A DNA stretch of 64,000 bases, from positions 5,394,001 to 5,458,000 of the forward strand of contig OZ365112.1 of assembly GCA_977030845.1 (NCBI GenBank). The letters are read 5' to 3'. The notes beneath the pieces were generated by a model. It did not search any database, was not told the DNA's origin, and saw only the letters and a program-made list of their open reading frames with translations. A program made the translations under genes and the position numbers. Shown piece after piece: positions 26,330 through 39,900 of this stretch. The stretch's first letter is position 1; every line of letters begins with the position of its first letter. The DNA is from Fimbriosthenelais zetlandica (lineage: Eukaryota).

Positions 26330-26999
26330 AATTCCTGAACAGTTATATTATCTTTTAATGTTAAATAATTGAATCAAGGTGCAGTCGTCTGATGATCTAT
26401 CCAATAACAAAGTTCAACAAATTTTACTTAAACCACAATGAACCAGAATCAGGACGGAGGCTTAGAGTAGATTAATGAATGTGAACAAAGAATTATAATG
26501 TGTGATCCTTGTAAACTGAATAAATTGCCTCTAAATCCCACAGGATCTAAGGGTCCATATCACAAAAGGGACGACTAAAAAACCTTGAGTGGGGACCTGT
26601 GAAGTTCCTCTTATTGGAGGCATCCATTCAAATATGGAATTAGAACGCCGTGCTCTTAAAACATTGGAACAAGAGGAAGAAGTTAATGCAGTTTCCAAGG
26701 GTAATCAAACTTCAAACCCAACTGCCAAAGACAGTTCATTCCATCCTGTTTTTTTCTCTCTGAGGAACGATGCCCCATTGAAGCCCGTGTGCTAATGTCT
26801 GCTTGCACAGGATCCTATAGAACTGGGTAAACTTCTCTATTCAAATTGCAGCCTATCCCAATAGACCATCGCCACTTCCGCTTCTCAAAAGGAACACAAA
26901 GGATAAAGGGATAGTTTTCCAGGTCGTCAATTCAGGGTCAAGACTTGATCTTGACCGCAAATAGCCAACCATTGAGAAGGTGCTTCAGCATCGAATGTA

Positions 27000-27520
27000 A
27001 TTTCCCCATTGGTCTGCCCACCTGGGACTTCCCTACACCCAAACATCAAGACCGCAATAAATGTAATTTGCAAGCTTGAATTTGATATTCTGACAATAAG
27101 AAAGCCAATTGGAAGATTTAGTGCATGTCAGAAAATTCAGCTCCATGACAATTAAATAGAGCGTTTGTACATCCCTTGTAGGTGTTAGGAGCTGGGTATG
27201 ATTAGGGAGAATTATCACTGGTTGTATACGACTTAACGCACTTATCTAGCTCAGTTGCTGACATAGATTACTTACAATTCACCTACTGAAGACTACACGG
27301 AGAACAGTAAGATCTGGGTGGGATTAGATTAGTCTGAGATATACTTCACATTATTGTAGGTAATGGTCAACCAGTCTGTAATAACACCAAGTTTTATCTT
27401 TACCAGAGATTCCATGAAGCAATATAAAAGAATGGAAACAGGAGACATGTCCTGAATCAGGTGTACTTCCGGTCTAAGGTAATGTTTTCAAATGTCGTAT
27501 AGAAGATACCTTCTGCTATT
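27000..27520 (-). mobile_element. Possible decayed L1-like RT fragment
   Basis: QDMSPVSILLYCFMESL at 27404-27454 (cf. QGCPLSPLLF.LAMEPL). Only this motif is convincing; extent is a guess. Confidence 0.3.
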
Positions 27521-28049
27521 GCAAATGACTGTGCCACAACAGCAGAAATAATTTACGTTTTACATCCAAGAGTTGTAGGGACTAGTTCTGCAATACTATC
27601 CACCTTGAACCAGAATATATGAGCTGCTTCCACGCAAGAGTTCTGTTGTCCCACCATTAATTTAATAGTTAATATTACCAAGAATTAAATATCTATAATA
27701 TATCAGGACATTTTAACAACTGAATTATTCATTGTCGTTTGTATACTAGCGTTGGTATGAAGTATATAATATATTCAGAAACTTCAACTGTCTCTAAAAG
27801 GTATAATATTATATCCACATACATGTAATCTATGCTCAGCCTTAATTATATTGAACGGTGAATAGTATGCATGACTACGAAATAGAATGTAGAATAGTAT
27901 ACAGCTCAAGTAAAGTGCCTGAAGGGAAAGATCATCTCAGAGACTTAGATCTATCCACATTCCCACACCATCAAAGCTGGCAATGGGAGAGGCATCTAAT
28001 GAAAGTCATGCTCAATGACAATAGCATTCCAGGTCATGGCAGAGGTCAT

Positions 28050-28600
28050 GCTTGCAACCTTTGTTATCTTGCCCTCCCCTCACTTATGTTAGACGTTAGA
28101 CATATAAGAGCCATGATGAAAGCTCTTATTACCCGAGCACAAAGCCAGAACATTCCCATCTACAAAGGTTAAATACGTGCACCGAAGATAAAAAAAACTT
28201 AGAACAAAAAAAGCCATGATGGAGGAAAGCTACAAAGTATCAAAGCTCATCAAAGACTGTAATATAGGCCACAGAGAATGTACTTATATTTTAGTTACAG
28301 CCCGGAATAACTGGATTACTACATAAATAATTGATGTAGTATCAAGGACAATGGAATGTAACGAGTGTTATAAAGGATAGGTTGATCAATAACAACAGGC
28401 TTTTGACAGGGACAACCTGCTGTGTTCATCTCTAAGAAATTAATTTACTGTCTGGTGTAAGAAGGTGATGAAGGGCGATAAAAGGGGTACTTTAAAGGAA
28501 ACTAGGACATAGATCCTTAGTGAGACGACAAGGATCAAGGAATATAGTGGCCATGCAGGTGCAAGCTATGACGAAAAATCAGATAATTAACACATGAGTG
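28050..28600 (+). mobile_element. Decayed LINE RT fragment (L2/CR1/RTE-like)
   Basis: QAFDRDNLL (28396; cf. KAFD.V.H..L) and VRRQGS (28520; cf. GV.QGS) lie about 43 codons apart, close to the usual spacing. Confidence 0.4.
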
Positions 28601-28699
28601 ATTCTCTTAGTATACAAGATTCTGGAGCAATTTTCAGCTTTATTTTCTTATGCAAATCATAATAAGACTTCATTCAAAAATCATCCTCGAACACAAGGA

Positions 28700-30200
28700 A
28701 AACCAGTAGAATCTATTGATTCAAATTGATATTGAGTGTGGATAGTTTTGTGCTTGAACGATAACCAGATTGAATTTCAAGATGATAATGGCAAGGGCTG
28801 CTAATTCGGCTCAGGTTCGGATTCTTGGGCTCGTTTCTCATCACCAGAGCCTGCCATGCATATTCCCTCATATTGGTTTCTCCCAAAGGCAACCTTGGCA
28901 ATAATGAGACTATTTTTCTCCCCAAACCAAAGATCCCATTAAATGACACAATGCTTTGGATAGTCAATTGCAGTATCAGATGCATCAATTGCCAAATTCA
29001 CAAATACAAATGGCATTTTTCAATCTATTTACATTGAAGGAGCTTCAGCGATCTAATTTTCCACCGCTTCATCTCATGACCTATTTCTGCTTCCAGGATG
29101 GTTTTGGTAATAGAAATGAATTGTTTCATCTTTCAGCAACCTCCTTAACCTTATTAAGGGATTTTATTTAACTCTTACCGTATCTCTTTACTCAACGAGT
29201 TAATACGATTTAAAGGTAATTGAAGATTTTGACCATTGAACCCGTGCCAGATTTATCGAGAACAAAAGGACATTTAAACCAGATTTAAGGCCTTAAAGCT
29301 GGCATGATAAGATACGGTAGGGGGTCCTGCCAGCTGCAGGGATGGGCTTAGATAAGAGTAGTTTTACATCAATGCACCTCCCCAGGACAAGCCCAGCCGT
29401 CGCTTCCTCCAATCGGAACCTCTCAAAATGTTCACAGAGGGGTTATCAGATAGTCCTCTCATCTTTTTCATTCCACCTCCCCATTGGTTTCTTTCTATAA
29501 AAGCAATCGAGGAAGAAGGTGATAAAACTTAACACACAATGCTCTCCATCTGGGATACCCCCACAAGGGAATCCCCTTCAGAGCTGCCGAGATTGAGAAT
29601 AATCAAAGTAGGCTCTGGGCGTCATGGAACCAAGAAAGAAGTGTTCTCCTTGATAGCTTGACTATCTCAATTGTTTCATTCATCAGAAGATGAATCCAAC
29701 CTGCAGATAACATAGCATTTACTTGACAACCTAGTGTAATGATAATCAAAATGGACCATCCCATTGATTTATATAGTAAATTTCCACAAAATTGGCCATC
29801 ATAAAAGTGGAAACATTGGATCAGATGCAAAAAAGCCAGCCCATTTGGGTTGATATTCAAACCCACAAACCTTTAATATGCATGTTTCAAAGCATTAACT
29901 ATTATAGTGCCAACAGACATGAGCGATTTAAGATGCGTAGCGAAACTTTTGAAAGCGAAACTATCACTTGCCAATCTATCAGTGACATGTCTGGGCCTAC
30001 TATAGGATGCTGTACCATAAGTATGGTTCTCTAAATGTTCTAAATAAATAAAGCCATGGACGAGCCCAAGAAGACCTTCCATTTTAGTACCATTAATTTC
30101 ACTCTTGTTATTTCTTTCATGGAAGTAAGAGACCAAAGTGAAGCTAGCATGTCTACTAACAGGCCCATACAGAAGCTCCATTGTATCCTGATGCTTTAGC
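28700..30200 (-). mobile_element. Decayed L1/Tx1-like ORF2 RT remnant
   Basis: SYSRP...FAFKSFATHLKSLM (ORF 29873..30220; cf. SYRPISL...LAK.LA.RL..L), GWSIL...GWIHLL (ORF 29603..29866; cf. W.FL...WI.LLY) and LPRLPLGETNMREYAWQA (ORF 28713..28988; cf. LP...GGL.LPN.R.YYWAA), all colinear. Confidence 0.55.
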
Positions 30201-31049
30201 AGCCACTCTACGGGCCTCAATTAATATAAAAGCTTGAGGTTGTTTCAGTGTTGAGTGCGCACACAACAGTCCCTTGGTGATTCCCCATGTCGTGATGCAA
30301 AACATCGCCTACTTATGGATAAGGGCGTTTCAGTGCATCCACAAGCATTTCGCTGGATTAAGGATGAAGCAACCACACTCTTAATACCATTATAAAATGA
30401 ATGGAATTCACAGGATCTGCCATCTGTTTGATTTTTACAAGCAAAACCATAAGACTCTGATAGCTGGAAAATGAAATGAAACTGTTCAAAATTAATATAA
30501 CAGTATTTAAAATCATATTCCATATTTATAATCCTTTACACTGCCTCCCATCGTTCCCCATCTCCTCCCACAACCATCCTATCCTTGTGTTTTTACAATC
30601 AACTAATCCTAATGCCACATGACGGCACAATAGGAGCACAGGTGCCGAGTTCATGATGTGCACAGCAACAGTCACATCTTTGCTTCACCTAGATTCAAAC
30701 CCACCACACAATGATCCATATATATGGCCTGGGGCACAGTGCCATTCAGTCCCTCTGAGATTTTATGGGTTTTTTCTATTGGGATACTTTGCCCTTTCCA
30801 TCTTACTTACCTAGGTAAGGGCAGCCTCTCAGATCAGAGGCCAGCTTCTCGAGTGTCCAGTCACGATACTGTTCCCCAAGGGCCTCAATCTCTAAGGGCC
30901 TCAGTCAAGAATTAATTTAGGCCACCAGGACTCACCACACATGATTTATAACTGTTCAATTTACAATGGTTTTAAAAGGCCGGAATAAAACAAATCATAA
31001 TACAGTATATAAGGTGCAGGCAAAGTCAAGTATAGACTTATAAGGGATA

Positions 31050-32010
31050 TGTACAACATGCCTGTAGAAAAGGGAGCCAGGGGGAGGTTGAGCTGAAGTA
31101 TATATAGAAGGAGGACCTATAGCTGGTGACACTTCTTTCCTGGGACTCTTCTGATGGGAGTTGATGGCACACTTGCCGAGCCAATTACCAGCAATACTCC
31201 GTGCAATATGTGTTCAGAATGGAACCCCATAGGCTTAGTATGACGAGCTTTAGGTGAGCGACATTAAACATGAGTTGTCACAGTGTATAGAGCCACTGGG
31301 TTGATAAGGAGTCACCTCTGTATGAGCACCTCGTGAGTGTACCACCAATTGCTCATCTTGCCCAATTTATTTAGTACAGCAGGGTGGAAAGATGCGGCAG
31401 GAAACCCTTAATCAAGGGTGGTTATTTCCTCATAGAGACACAGAAAGTACTTCACCCAAATTACATCATAGCAGGCCAATAAGACCAAGCATAGAAGCAG
31501 AGATTGAAGCAATAACAGATATATAACTCTCGCTATGGTATTGTTAAGCTCATACAATATTGCATATAAAGGGGAATTTATAGGGGACAATATAGAGGGT
31601 GTGTAGGAGGTCTTATCGCTATATCTGTATATAATGGGTGGTAGGTTTAACTTGGCACAAAGCTTATCTTAAATAATAGATTGGTAATCTTCCCCAGGGT
31701 CTATCTATGGTCTCGTTATGAACCAGAAGTATTCCTAGAGGGACATAGATGGGCACTAAAATATTTACATACTCTAGTTACTTTATAAGTAGAACAGACC
31801 TCCTGTCCTATCTATAGGTCTCCAATATGCCATAATGCAATGCTCCAGATGAGATTTAAACACCAATAAAAAGCTTTAATCCTCCACTGAAAACCCATTC
31901 TGAATAAATCAAGTGATTGAAAGAGCTTAATATGATTGAAAGTATAAGAGGGGAGCCTCAGATATTCATGAGACATATAAAAAGGTTGAAGCTGAGGCAT
32001 AACCAATGGA
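31050..32010 (-). mobile_element. Decayed L2-like ORF2 remnant
   Basis: FYMSHEYL...MGFQWRIKAFYWCL (ORF 31812..32006; cf. FDTVDH..L...GI.G..L.WF.SYL), then QWLYTL*QLMFNVAHLK (31248-31298; cf. the L2 HWLPV..RI.FK...L.YK motif). Confidence 0.4.
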
Positions 32011-32510
32011 ATAAAGCTGAATGAGGAGAACCAAACAGTGACATGCCAGTCTGGTCCCCACTCATCCCACCTATTATCGCTCAGCCATACCCCTCACAGC
32101 CGCTCCATGCGGCCAAGTGGAAACTTTCATCGCAGATGGAAACCGACGTGCGGAATTAGTTTTAGTCCCACAATCAAGCCTGCCTATTCACGACTCATGC
32201 AATATGGATGGATTACTCTGTCCAACTAGCCTCACCAATAAAGAAATAATTAAAGCACAATGTCACCCCCATGTGCGAGCATGTTACACTACGCATAGGC
32301 TTAGTTCGAGAAGGTGGAGGGCAATGTCTTGCCTGAGCAAGTGCGAGCATTTCAGGGGATGATCCACGTCTGGCCCAATGGAGGTGGGTGGGAAAAGGAC
32401 CTCCACCTCCCACATACACGTTTCCAAAGTAGATCTTCCGACTCCTAACTCCTCCCTCTCCCTTGATTTACTTTTTTTAATATTGATTTTTTTCAGGGGG
32501 GAGCGAGCAA

Positions 32511-32547
32511 CCCCCCCTCCCCGCCCCCCCCCCACCCCCCCCCCCCC
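32511..32547. repeat. Near-homopolymeric C tract
   Basis: ccccccctccccgccccccccccacccccccccccc-like run (37 nt, three non-C bases). Confidence 0.9.
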
Positions 32548-33049
32548 TGCATCATAACAGCCTCAGACCATCACCCTCTGCAGTAGAGGATCCACCTCGA
32601 GAGTCCCACGTCAAGTAGTGTGGATTATCCAGCGAGTCCCCGACTAAGTAGTTCTGAAGATGCTCACTGCCTTCCACAGTTGTCAATACTGCTGACAGGC
32701 TGTCCTTTCCTACTTAATTCCGAGTGGGAGTCGGCCATATTTACACCCATATCCAAATCAATGGGCGAGTGTATTAAAATTGATCCTCCTTACATTAGCG
32801 GATCCAGATACATTTTAATTGTACATGCCATTCTGGTTCCATTATTCAAAGCCGATCAGCGTAATATGAAAGTTGGAGAGAGGATTGACTTCCATCGATA
32901 TATTAAAACCTCGATGGTCTAACAAGGAAAAAGGTGATTTGTCTTAAAGTGCAATAGCTCTGGGAAGAGGAAGATGATGGAGGATTGTTTATTTTTAAAG
33001 TGGAGCCAGTGATTTCCCAGGAGACTGGCGGGGACTAAGTAAGATTCAC

Positions 33050-34100
33050 ACAGGATTTATTGAACTATCATTATATTTAATGGCAAGATGAAGAATACCA
33101 TATTCCCACAGAGCCCTGAGGCCCGCACGATCAAGTGTACAGGGGTTAGATCGAGCGTCTGCTGCTGAGGAGCAAGAACCTTCCCGAGGCTTCGTTTTGA
33201 TCAAAACTGTTCTTCTGCTCCAAGAATCCTTACCCAAAAGTTATGCCATTCCCCATGTTATCATTAGGCCTACAATAGTTGCAATGTCATGATTTCTGAG
33301 GTTCCCCAGCATCAATTTAAACACTTGTCACGAATTTAATTCAATGATATGATTAGTTTTCGATTCGCCCCAACCACAGTCCAATCCTTCAATCAACCTT
33401 CAATGAATATCAAACACAAAGACAAGAGTCCAAGGAAAGTGCAATCAATCATTACATACATTGACATAAATTATTCCAGTCGTTTTAAAACAGTAAAAAA
33501 TATCCAGATATTAAAGGGTTCTTTAACTGTTGGCAGATAGGCGACTCCAGTATTTTATACGAGTTACTCACAGAACACGTGAAAATTGCTTTTCCAAAAG
33601 AATGAACAGGACAAGAGAAAAAGTAAGTAAACACAAAAAACACTAGTTTATGGGACAATGGAAGCGATGCCATCCTGAAGTCATGACCTCTTAAGTAGAT
33701 ATTTCAGACACTAGAGTGTTGGGCCATTAGTGTTAGGCAGTTCAGGAAAAACGAGCGCCAACATGCACTACATCGCTGTCTATCGTCACGACCGTGTAGG
33801 ACCACGTGACAGCCACGTGATCTGCACGAGCCCAGTGGCCTTAATGACCTTTTGTGGTTACTTTTGGTATCTCCAATGTGAGTCTCATATGCTATGGAGA
33901 TCATATTTTTCAGGAAATTGCTACATATCACGCACTGTTGTAAAAAGTGGGTAATCCAGTACAAATTTGTAAGAAAGTTTGTGTTCAGTATGGAAACAAG
34001 TAGTTTTGAAATTCACACTATTATTTATGAGGTACCTACATATATTCACATATCATTTTCAACAAGTTTTTATGCACTTTATCTATGACAAATATAATCT
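33050..34100 (-). mobile_element. Possible decayed CR1/L2-like RT fragment
   Basis: Weak colinear motifs on the minus strand: FHTEHKLSYKF, YWITHFLQQ (ORF 33704..33964; cf. L.WI..FL..R), SYKILES (ORF 33485..33673) and LRALWEYG (ORF 33046..33237). Confidence 0.25.
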
Positions 34101-35439
34101 CACGAAGATAGTATTTTCTCCTAATACTGAAACTCGGAACATGCATATAATATCATGGAAATCAGTTTGGACACAGACGCCTTTAACACGATTGCATGTG
34201 TAGCAAAAACAAAGTAAAGGGAAGATATAAACTTCCATCAGGCTCCATAAGAGAAACCATAACTTATATTATGAAGCAGCCTCGTGTCTAACCATCCTAG
34301 TCCATCACGGTATTATGTAGTTCTCTGAGCACCTCATGTTTTATAGATATTAATATGATCCACTCAATGCAACACGCAATGAGCTGCTCGCTATAGGTGG
34401 ACAAGCCATATCACAACAGGCAGGCGAGCAAGTGCTTCAATATGGAAGTTCTAGCTAAAGCCCTGACGGTTAGCTTATGACTGTCTTGAACCTCTCTGAA
34501 TCTAGAGGCATTCAATAGTCTTCTTAGTCCATTGGTTCACAACAATCTCATCCTCGTTTTGGGTCATCCCAAGGGGGAGGGGGGAGAGGGGATTACGCTA
34601 CCACCCAGGTACATCAGCTAATTATTAAATTTATGTTAGAGTTAAGTATTGTAGGGTCCAGCATGAAATCCAGGCAATGCCTCATGTTGGTCCTTTTGCA
34701 TTCGCAATAAACATGTCAAACAACAACATTCTAGTCTCCATGTTCACTCTAAACTAAACTAGACTTATTTCATCTCGGGTTTAGATCACTCAGGTTTCAT
34801 ATGCCACTCCATTTACATTCGAAGCACTCCACTTTAGGTTCACTGCTGACTATAGTGATTCCATCTAGCTTCAGGTCATTGGCCTTTTCATTTAGATATA
34901 TGCCAACACAGGCAATCAAATGTTGAGCTACCTCGGTGAGCACTATGTGTGGAGCATCTCAGCATAGACTTTATTTATCATCCCCTGGAAACTCTTATAA
35001 TGATTATGGATAATATCGGGGGGTGTGAGTGGCAAAACACTAACTCCTCTCACGTGAAATCCCAGAGCGTGACGCTAAATTGAACTATAATGGGAATGAC
35101 AAAACCAGAAGTGGCATTTAAAAGAGTCTTGGATGCCGGCCATTGGTAAAACATTAGTGCCAGGTTTTTTTCCTTCCTGATTCGTGCTAATAGCGGGTAA
35201 GTTAATTTGTGGCAGGGGAATAGCTCCCACTTATCAGTCTTCATTATGATAAGACCAACTCTACACTCTGTGTCCCTTATAATTCACTTGTTTAATATGC
35301 AGGTCCTGAACAGATGTGTTGATCCTAACACAATCTGCCATTGAGTATAGAAATAGTCCCATCCCACACGCTTTTGAGTAGCACTTCACTCATAAAGCCC
35401 TTCATCCATAACCAATAGCTGTTTTGAGTGACAAATATC

Positions 35440-36010
35440 AATAGGCAAACAGGCCCCAATGGTGTTGAGCCATATCTATAAACGATTTATCATATTTAAG
35501 ACGCTATTTCTACCAGGTTTTGTTATCCAGGCGAGCTGTGAACAAGTATTTGTTTTGAGATTCATCATTTCCAACGCTCTCCTATATCTTTTTCATGCAT
35601 AGAAATCTATCAGGAGTGTTTCAAGTTCATTAATTGGTAACGATTAAATTTGATTGAAGGCGCGTTCATAAAATATTGCGGCACACTCCAAACTGTGAAC
35701 GTCTAGACAACCAACGTTTGTTCAAAAGGTCAAAATATTCTCCATTCCAAAGGCTTCTGAAAAATTAGTGTAAGAAACGGTATGGGAGGTGAGCATGAAA
35801 TAATCAGCAAAGCATCAGGTGTAAATGGATGGACTTGCATGTATACTTCCATTTGAACAGCCCCAAAAACAATCGACCTTTTCAGGCTACATTTAAAACC
35901 CTTGGATTTTTACACCTCAAATTAAAACAAAACTTCCAGCTCTTTCCTTGTCAAGGGGAATTGTCAAGCAGATTGCCTCTTGCCCTTTGTCTTCGATCGC
36001 TGGCCTTGGA
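35440..36010 (+). mobile_element. Decayed L1/Tx1-like RT fragment
   Basis: ggcaaacaggccccaatggt...tataaacgattt (35444-35488; frameshifted GK.PGPDG...YK.F), RSPISF (~35574), and aggggaattgtcaagcagattgcctcttgccctttg...ctggccttggaa (~35955-36010; resembles the RGTRQGCPLSPLLF.LALE coding sequence). Confidence 0.45.
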
Positions 36011-39000
36011 AGGGAGTCACCTCATCCACGTGGACCTATCTAATGCTTGTAACTAACAGTGTCCATTTGTAGTGAGCTTTCAGTGTTGTCAGCCTTCCCC
36101 CTGCCACCTGGACCCTTCCTCCCTGCCCCCTGATCAATATTTACTCTCCCCTCTCCTTCTCAGATCCATATACCAGGGATCGGGGATGGGGTCACTCTGG
36201 ACTTTTGACACCAGAGAGTCATATCCATATCCATACTTCTATCCATTATAAGATCTACATTTCTGCCCAATATTCAGCAATAATCATAAACACCAAAGGA
36301 AGTTCGTATTCAATATCAACTGAGAGCTAAAATATCCATTTTTTGTCGAATAAATGATTGACAACAAAGGCAATAAAGTTAAAAATAAAAATAAAAATTG
36401 GTCAGGGAGAGGAGGGCCCCTCCATACGTTGTGCATGGAGTAGAAGGTGTAAGAGGTGATCATATGCCCCGGAGCCAGTCACCTCCCGTGGATCAATCCC
36501 AACAAATGACCCATCATAGCTTGTCAATACCGTCAGCTGCGTCTCACACCCTCTCTAATTCAAAGACAAATTTGCTGCCTTGGGGTGGTGATCAAAATGA
36601 CATCACTGAGCGAGTGAGAGCTTTCACACAGGGCCACCGAGCCAGATGACCCCTGCGCACTGCATTGTGTGCGATTTATTGGCTCCCCCAACCCGGGCCA
36701 TGTGCAAATGTTTGTATTTCGGAGTTGGTGTCGAGCCTTGGCTTCTGGGCAAGCTTTCATCTCAGTGGCTTCCAGAGCAAGGCTTCTGAAGTGATGTCAG
36801 GAGCCTCTGCATATATTTTGGTCATATTATATCTGACAAGGCTCAAAGATCACAAAGTAATAAAACCCGGAAAAAATTGTTCTTTGACAATCGTTCTAAG
36901 TATTCCTTTTGATATATTCCTTTTGTGTTTAGGTATAGCTAGAGGCAAAGGAAGCAAGTTCATGCAACTTTAGATGCCGTGTATATAGTCATGCAATGTT
37001 TTATACATTTACTGCTTATTTCTGGCAGGGGCAAAGTACATTATTCATGCAGATACGAATAGACAGAACTATAGCTGTCTAGATATAAATAACTAAATCT
37101 GATAGCAATGTCCCGCCATTCCATTCCAAAGTGGCAATGATAGGAGAAAATAATCATATAGCCACCCTGAGGTGAAAAGTCGCCTTATATTTTATTATTC
37201 TTCTTTTCTCCTTTTTTACAACTATAGAGGGATATGTCATGGGAGTAAAGCATACAGTCATGTCATTCATTTTCAAGACAGATCTATGACAGACTTGGCT
37301 GAGGTCAGAAGAGGTGGCTGCAATGAATATTGCCTCCTCGCCCCAACAAAGTTAGGGAGGCTGGAAAGCTAAATGCCGTCAGGTACAAGACAGACTTCAC
37401 AATTGAGCAGAGGTTCTAATGATTTGGTCTATAATAAGGACTGGCAGATGTGATAGCTTGTTCAAACAAGGTAGTATTGTATTACAAATGAATGATTAGT
37501 CGTTTCAGAGCAAGGACCGTGCAGTCTGACAGCCGATGTTGATTGGCCGTGACAATGGCTTTTCCATTGGAACAAAAAGGTATCTTTTACATTGGGGCTT
37601 ATGTTTCTTTTTTAACAGAACACATAGGAGACACAGAGGTAGCTTAATTAGACGTATGAAGCATTAAATAACTCATTCTAAACTCTTCTGACAGATTTCC
37701 AGCAATATTTAAACTGGAGAGCAGCATTGTGTTATATTTCGAGTTTTGCAAACCTCACCCCACAGATCAAGTTCACTCAGTACCACTTGACAGTCTCTTT
37801 TGAATAGCCAACGTCAGATGATTTCAATTTCCCTAGCACTGCATCATGTACCTGCTCATAAAAGCTTCAAAATTTGACAAATATGAATGGATACTGACAG
37901 TTCCTTTCCATATATTGCCCTTATCTCAAGTGACAATTCATGACGAAGTGGAAGTTTGAATTTAAGTCCTAGACTACATCTAATACTGACTTAAATTGTT
38001 CAGCGGCCATTTTACATATTGCACATTAGGCATCCCGAAGAAGCTCCCGTTTCGGCTAATGTACTTGGTGATTTCAAAAGGGAGATGTCTTCATGTTTCT
38101 ATACACTGAATGCTTCTTTTTCCTCATGTATTCCCTTTAGCTCATGCGCCTTTTTCCTCGACTTTCTGAGAGCACAGTTTTAGCTGAAATGTTTCAGAGG
38201 AGCATTGCTGATGGCTTGCTTGTTTTTCTTGCTTCATGTTTCTGCTGGAAATCAGAGGGAACTGCTTTTTTGATGACTTTCCTTGCTGCTCTCCCAGAAG
38301 AGAGAGCCCAACTAGATTAAGCCATGAGAAACTCTGTACTTTCCTGCCTACGGTATTACCCAAGATGGAAAAATCACTTTAAAAACTCTAAACTTGGTAT
38401 GGCCATGATAAAAAATAAGTATAAAATAAAGCGATAAATGCGATCGTGCATGTAACAAGTCAATGCCCATTCTAAATATAGCAGAACTAAATGCAAATAA
38501 ATATCCTCGGGTTTACTGTCCATTAAACAGTTCTTCCCTATAGACACTAACCAACTTCTATCGCCTATGGGAATATATTATGCAGCCCTTAGCTTATATA
38601 CAGCAAAAGCCATAAGGAATTAAAAGCTAATACGTATGCAGCCAAATATATTCACCCTGAAATGATCAAGGCGAAAGGAGGTGAACTCAAGAAGATGGTC
38701 CTCAGCCTATGTGTTGAACAGAATCTATGTTAGCTAGTCCCTATTAGAGCTTGTACATTACAAGCCATCATCAAAAACGACATTTAATTCTGGAAGCATA
38801 AGAGCGAGCATGCAAGGCACTCTACTCCCCAGGGAGGAGCGAAGTCCCGATTAATGTCTTATATCACGTGCAGGTCTCGAGAAGTGCGTGATAATGAGAG
38901 AACAAAGCGAGACTAAAACAGTAAATCGAAACAAGCACAGAACACCATGGAAACATGGATTAAGAAGGATGAACGTCATGAAACCAATTTTCCAGCAAAA

Positions 39001-39449
39001 TGTGTTTGTTTAGTTATAAATGGGTCAGACCTACATGTTGTAAGCTGCTGTGAGATTGTAAGAATTGGCTTTACTACAGCACAGATACATGTGATTTTAC
39101 TTTACACCCGGACTATACATTGTCACAATATTCTCTTACATCTTCTGAAGTAGCCTGCAGCATGCCAGATATTACAGTCGTCACATAGTATTACATTACT
39201 GCTCTCAAATGTACATTTTGTCTAGCAACGCATGCATGTTCAAACACCTTGAAGTCTTGAACATAAAAGCATCATACTGTATGCTCCACCAAGGTTTTAC
39301 TATGTATCTTGCTATTGAGAATTGTGTTTGTATTCTACACAATATTCTTCGAACCTTGGGAACGAACGCAATGCTTTCATATGTGTAGGAACATTTCATG
39401 ATTGTCATGATCAAAATTCCATACAGGTTCTGATAAATGACTGACCCCT

Positions 39450-39900
39450 AACACTTATCCAATGCCTTCCTAAAGCTTTCTGCAGGTTCCAGAAATACTT
39501 TGCAAATAGCTATGTCAGCGCTTTATCATTGGGATAATTAATACACTATTCTGCTGAAGAATTCCTATCGCCCACCCGTTGATGAATTGCCAATCCGTGG
39601 GGGTGAATTCCTTATTTAGGGCTTCTTTCTTAAGCCATATTTTCACCACTAAAAGCCAAACTCACAGTAATATGAGGGAATCTCTTATGATCCTGGGATA
39701 TTTTTGTACAGTGAGTTATACCATTGCCTTCATGTGGCTTTGATATATATGTTGTAAGCCACTGCAAGGCGCATCTGCCTCCGCGCATTACTTGTACATC
39801 ATAACGGGCACTGTGAAATACATCATAGTGGCTGAGAACACATGCTAGTCTCCTTCTGGCTCTCTGATGGGTGTCTTTAATCTTACATAAAGTCATTACC
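39450..39900 (-). mobile_element. Decayed L2/CR1-like RT fragment
   Basis: GRCALQWLTTYIS (ORF 39630..39896; cf. G.AL.WF.SYLS), then YPNDKAL (39516-39536; cf. YADDTQL). Confidence 0.4.
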
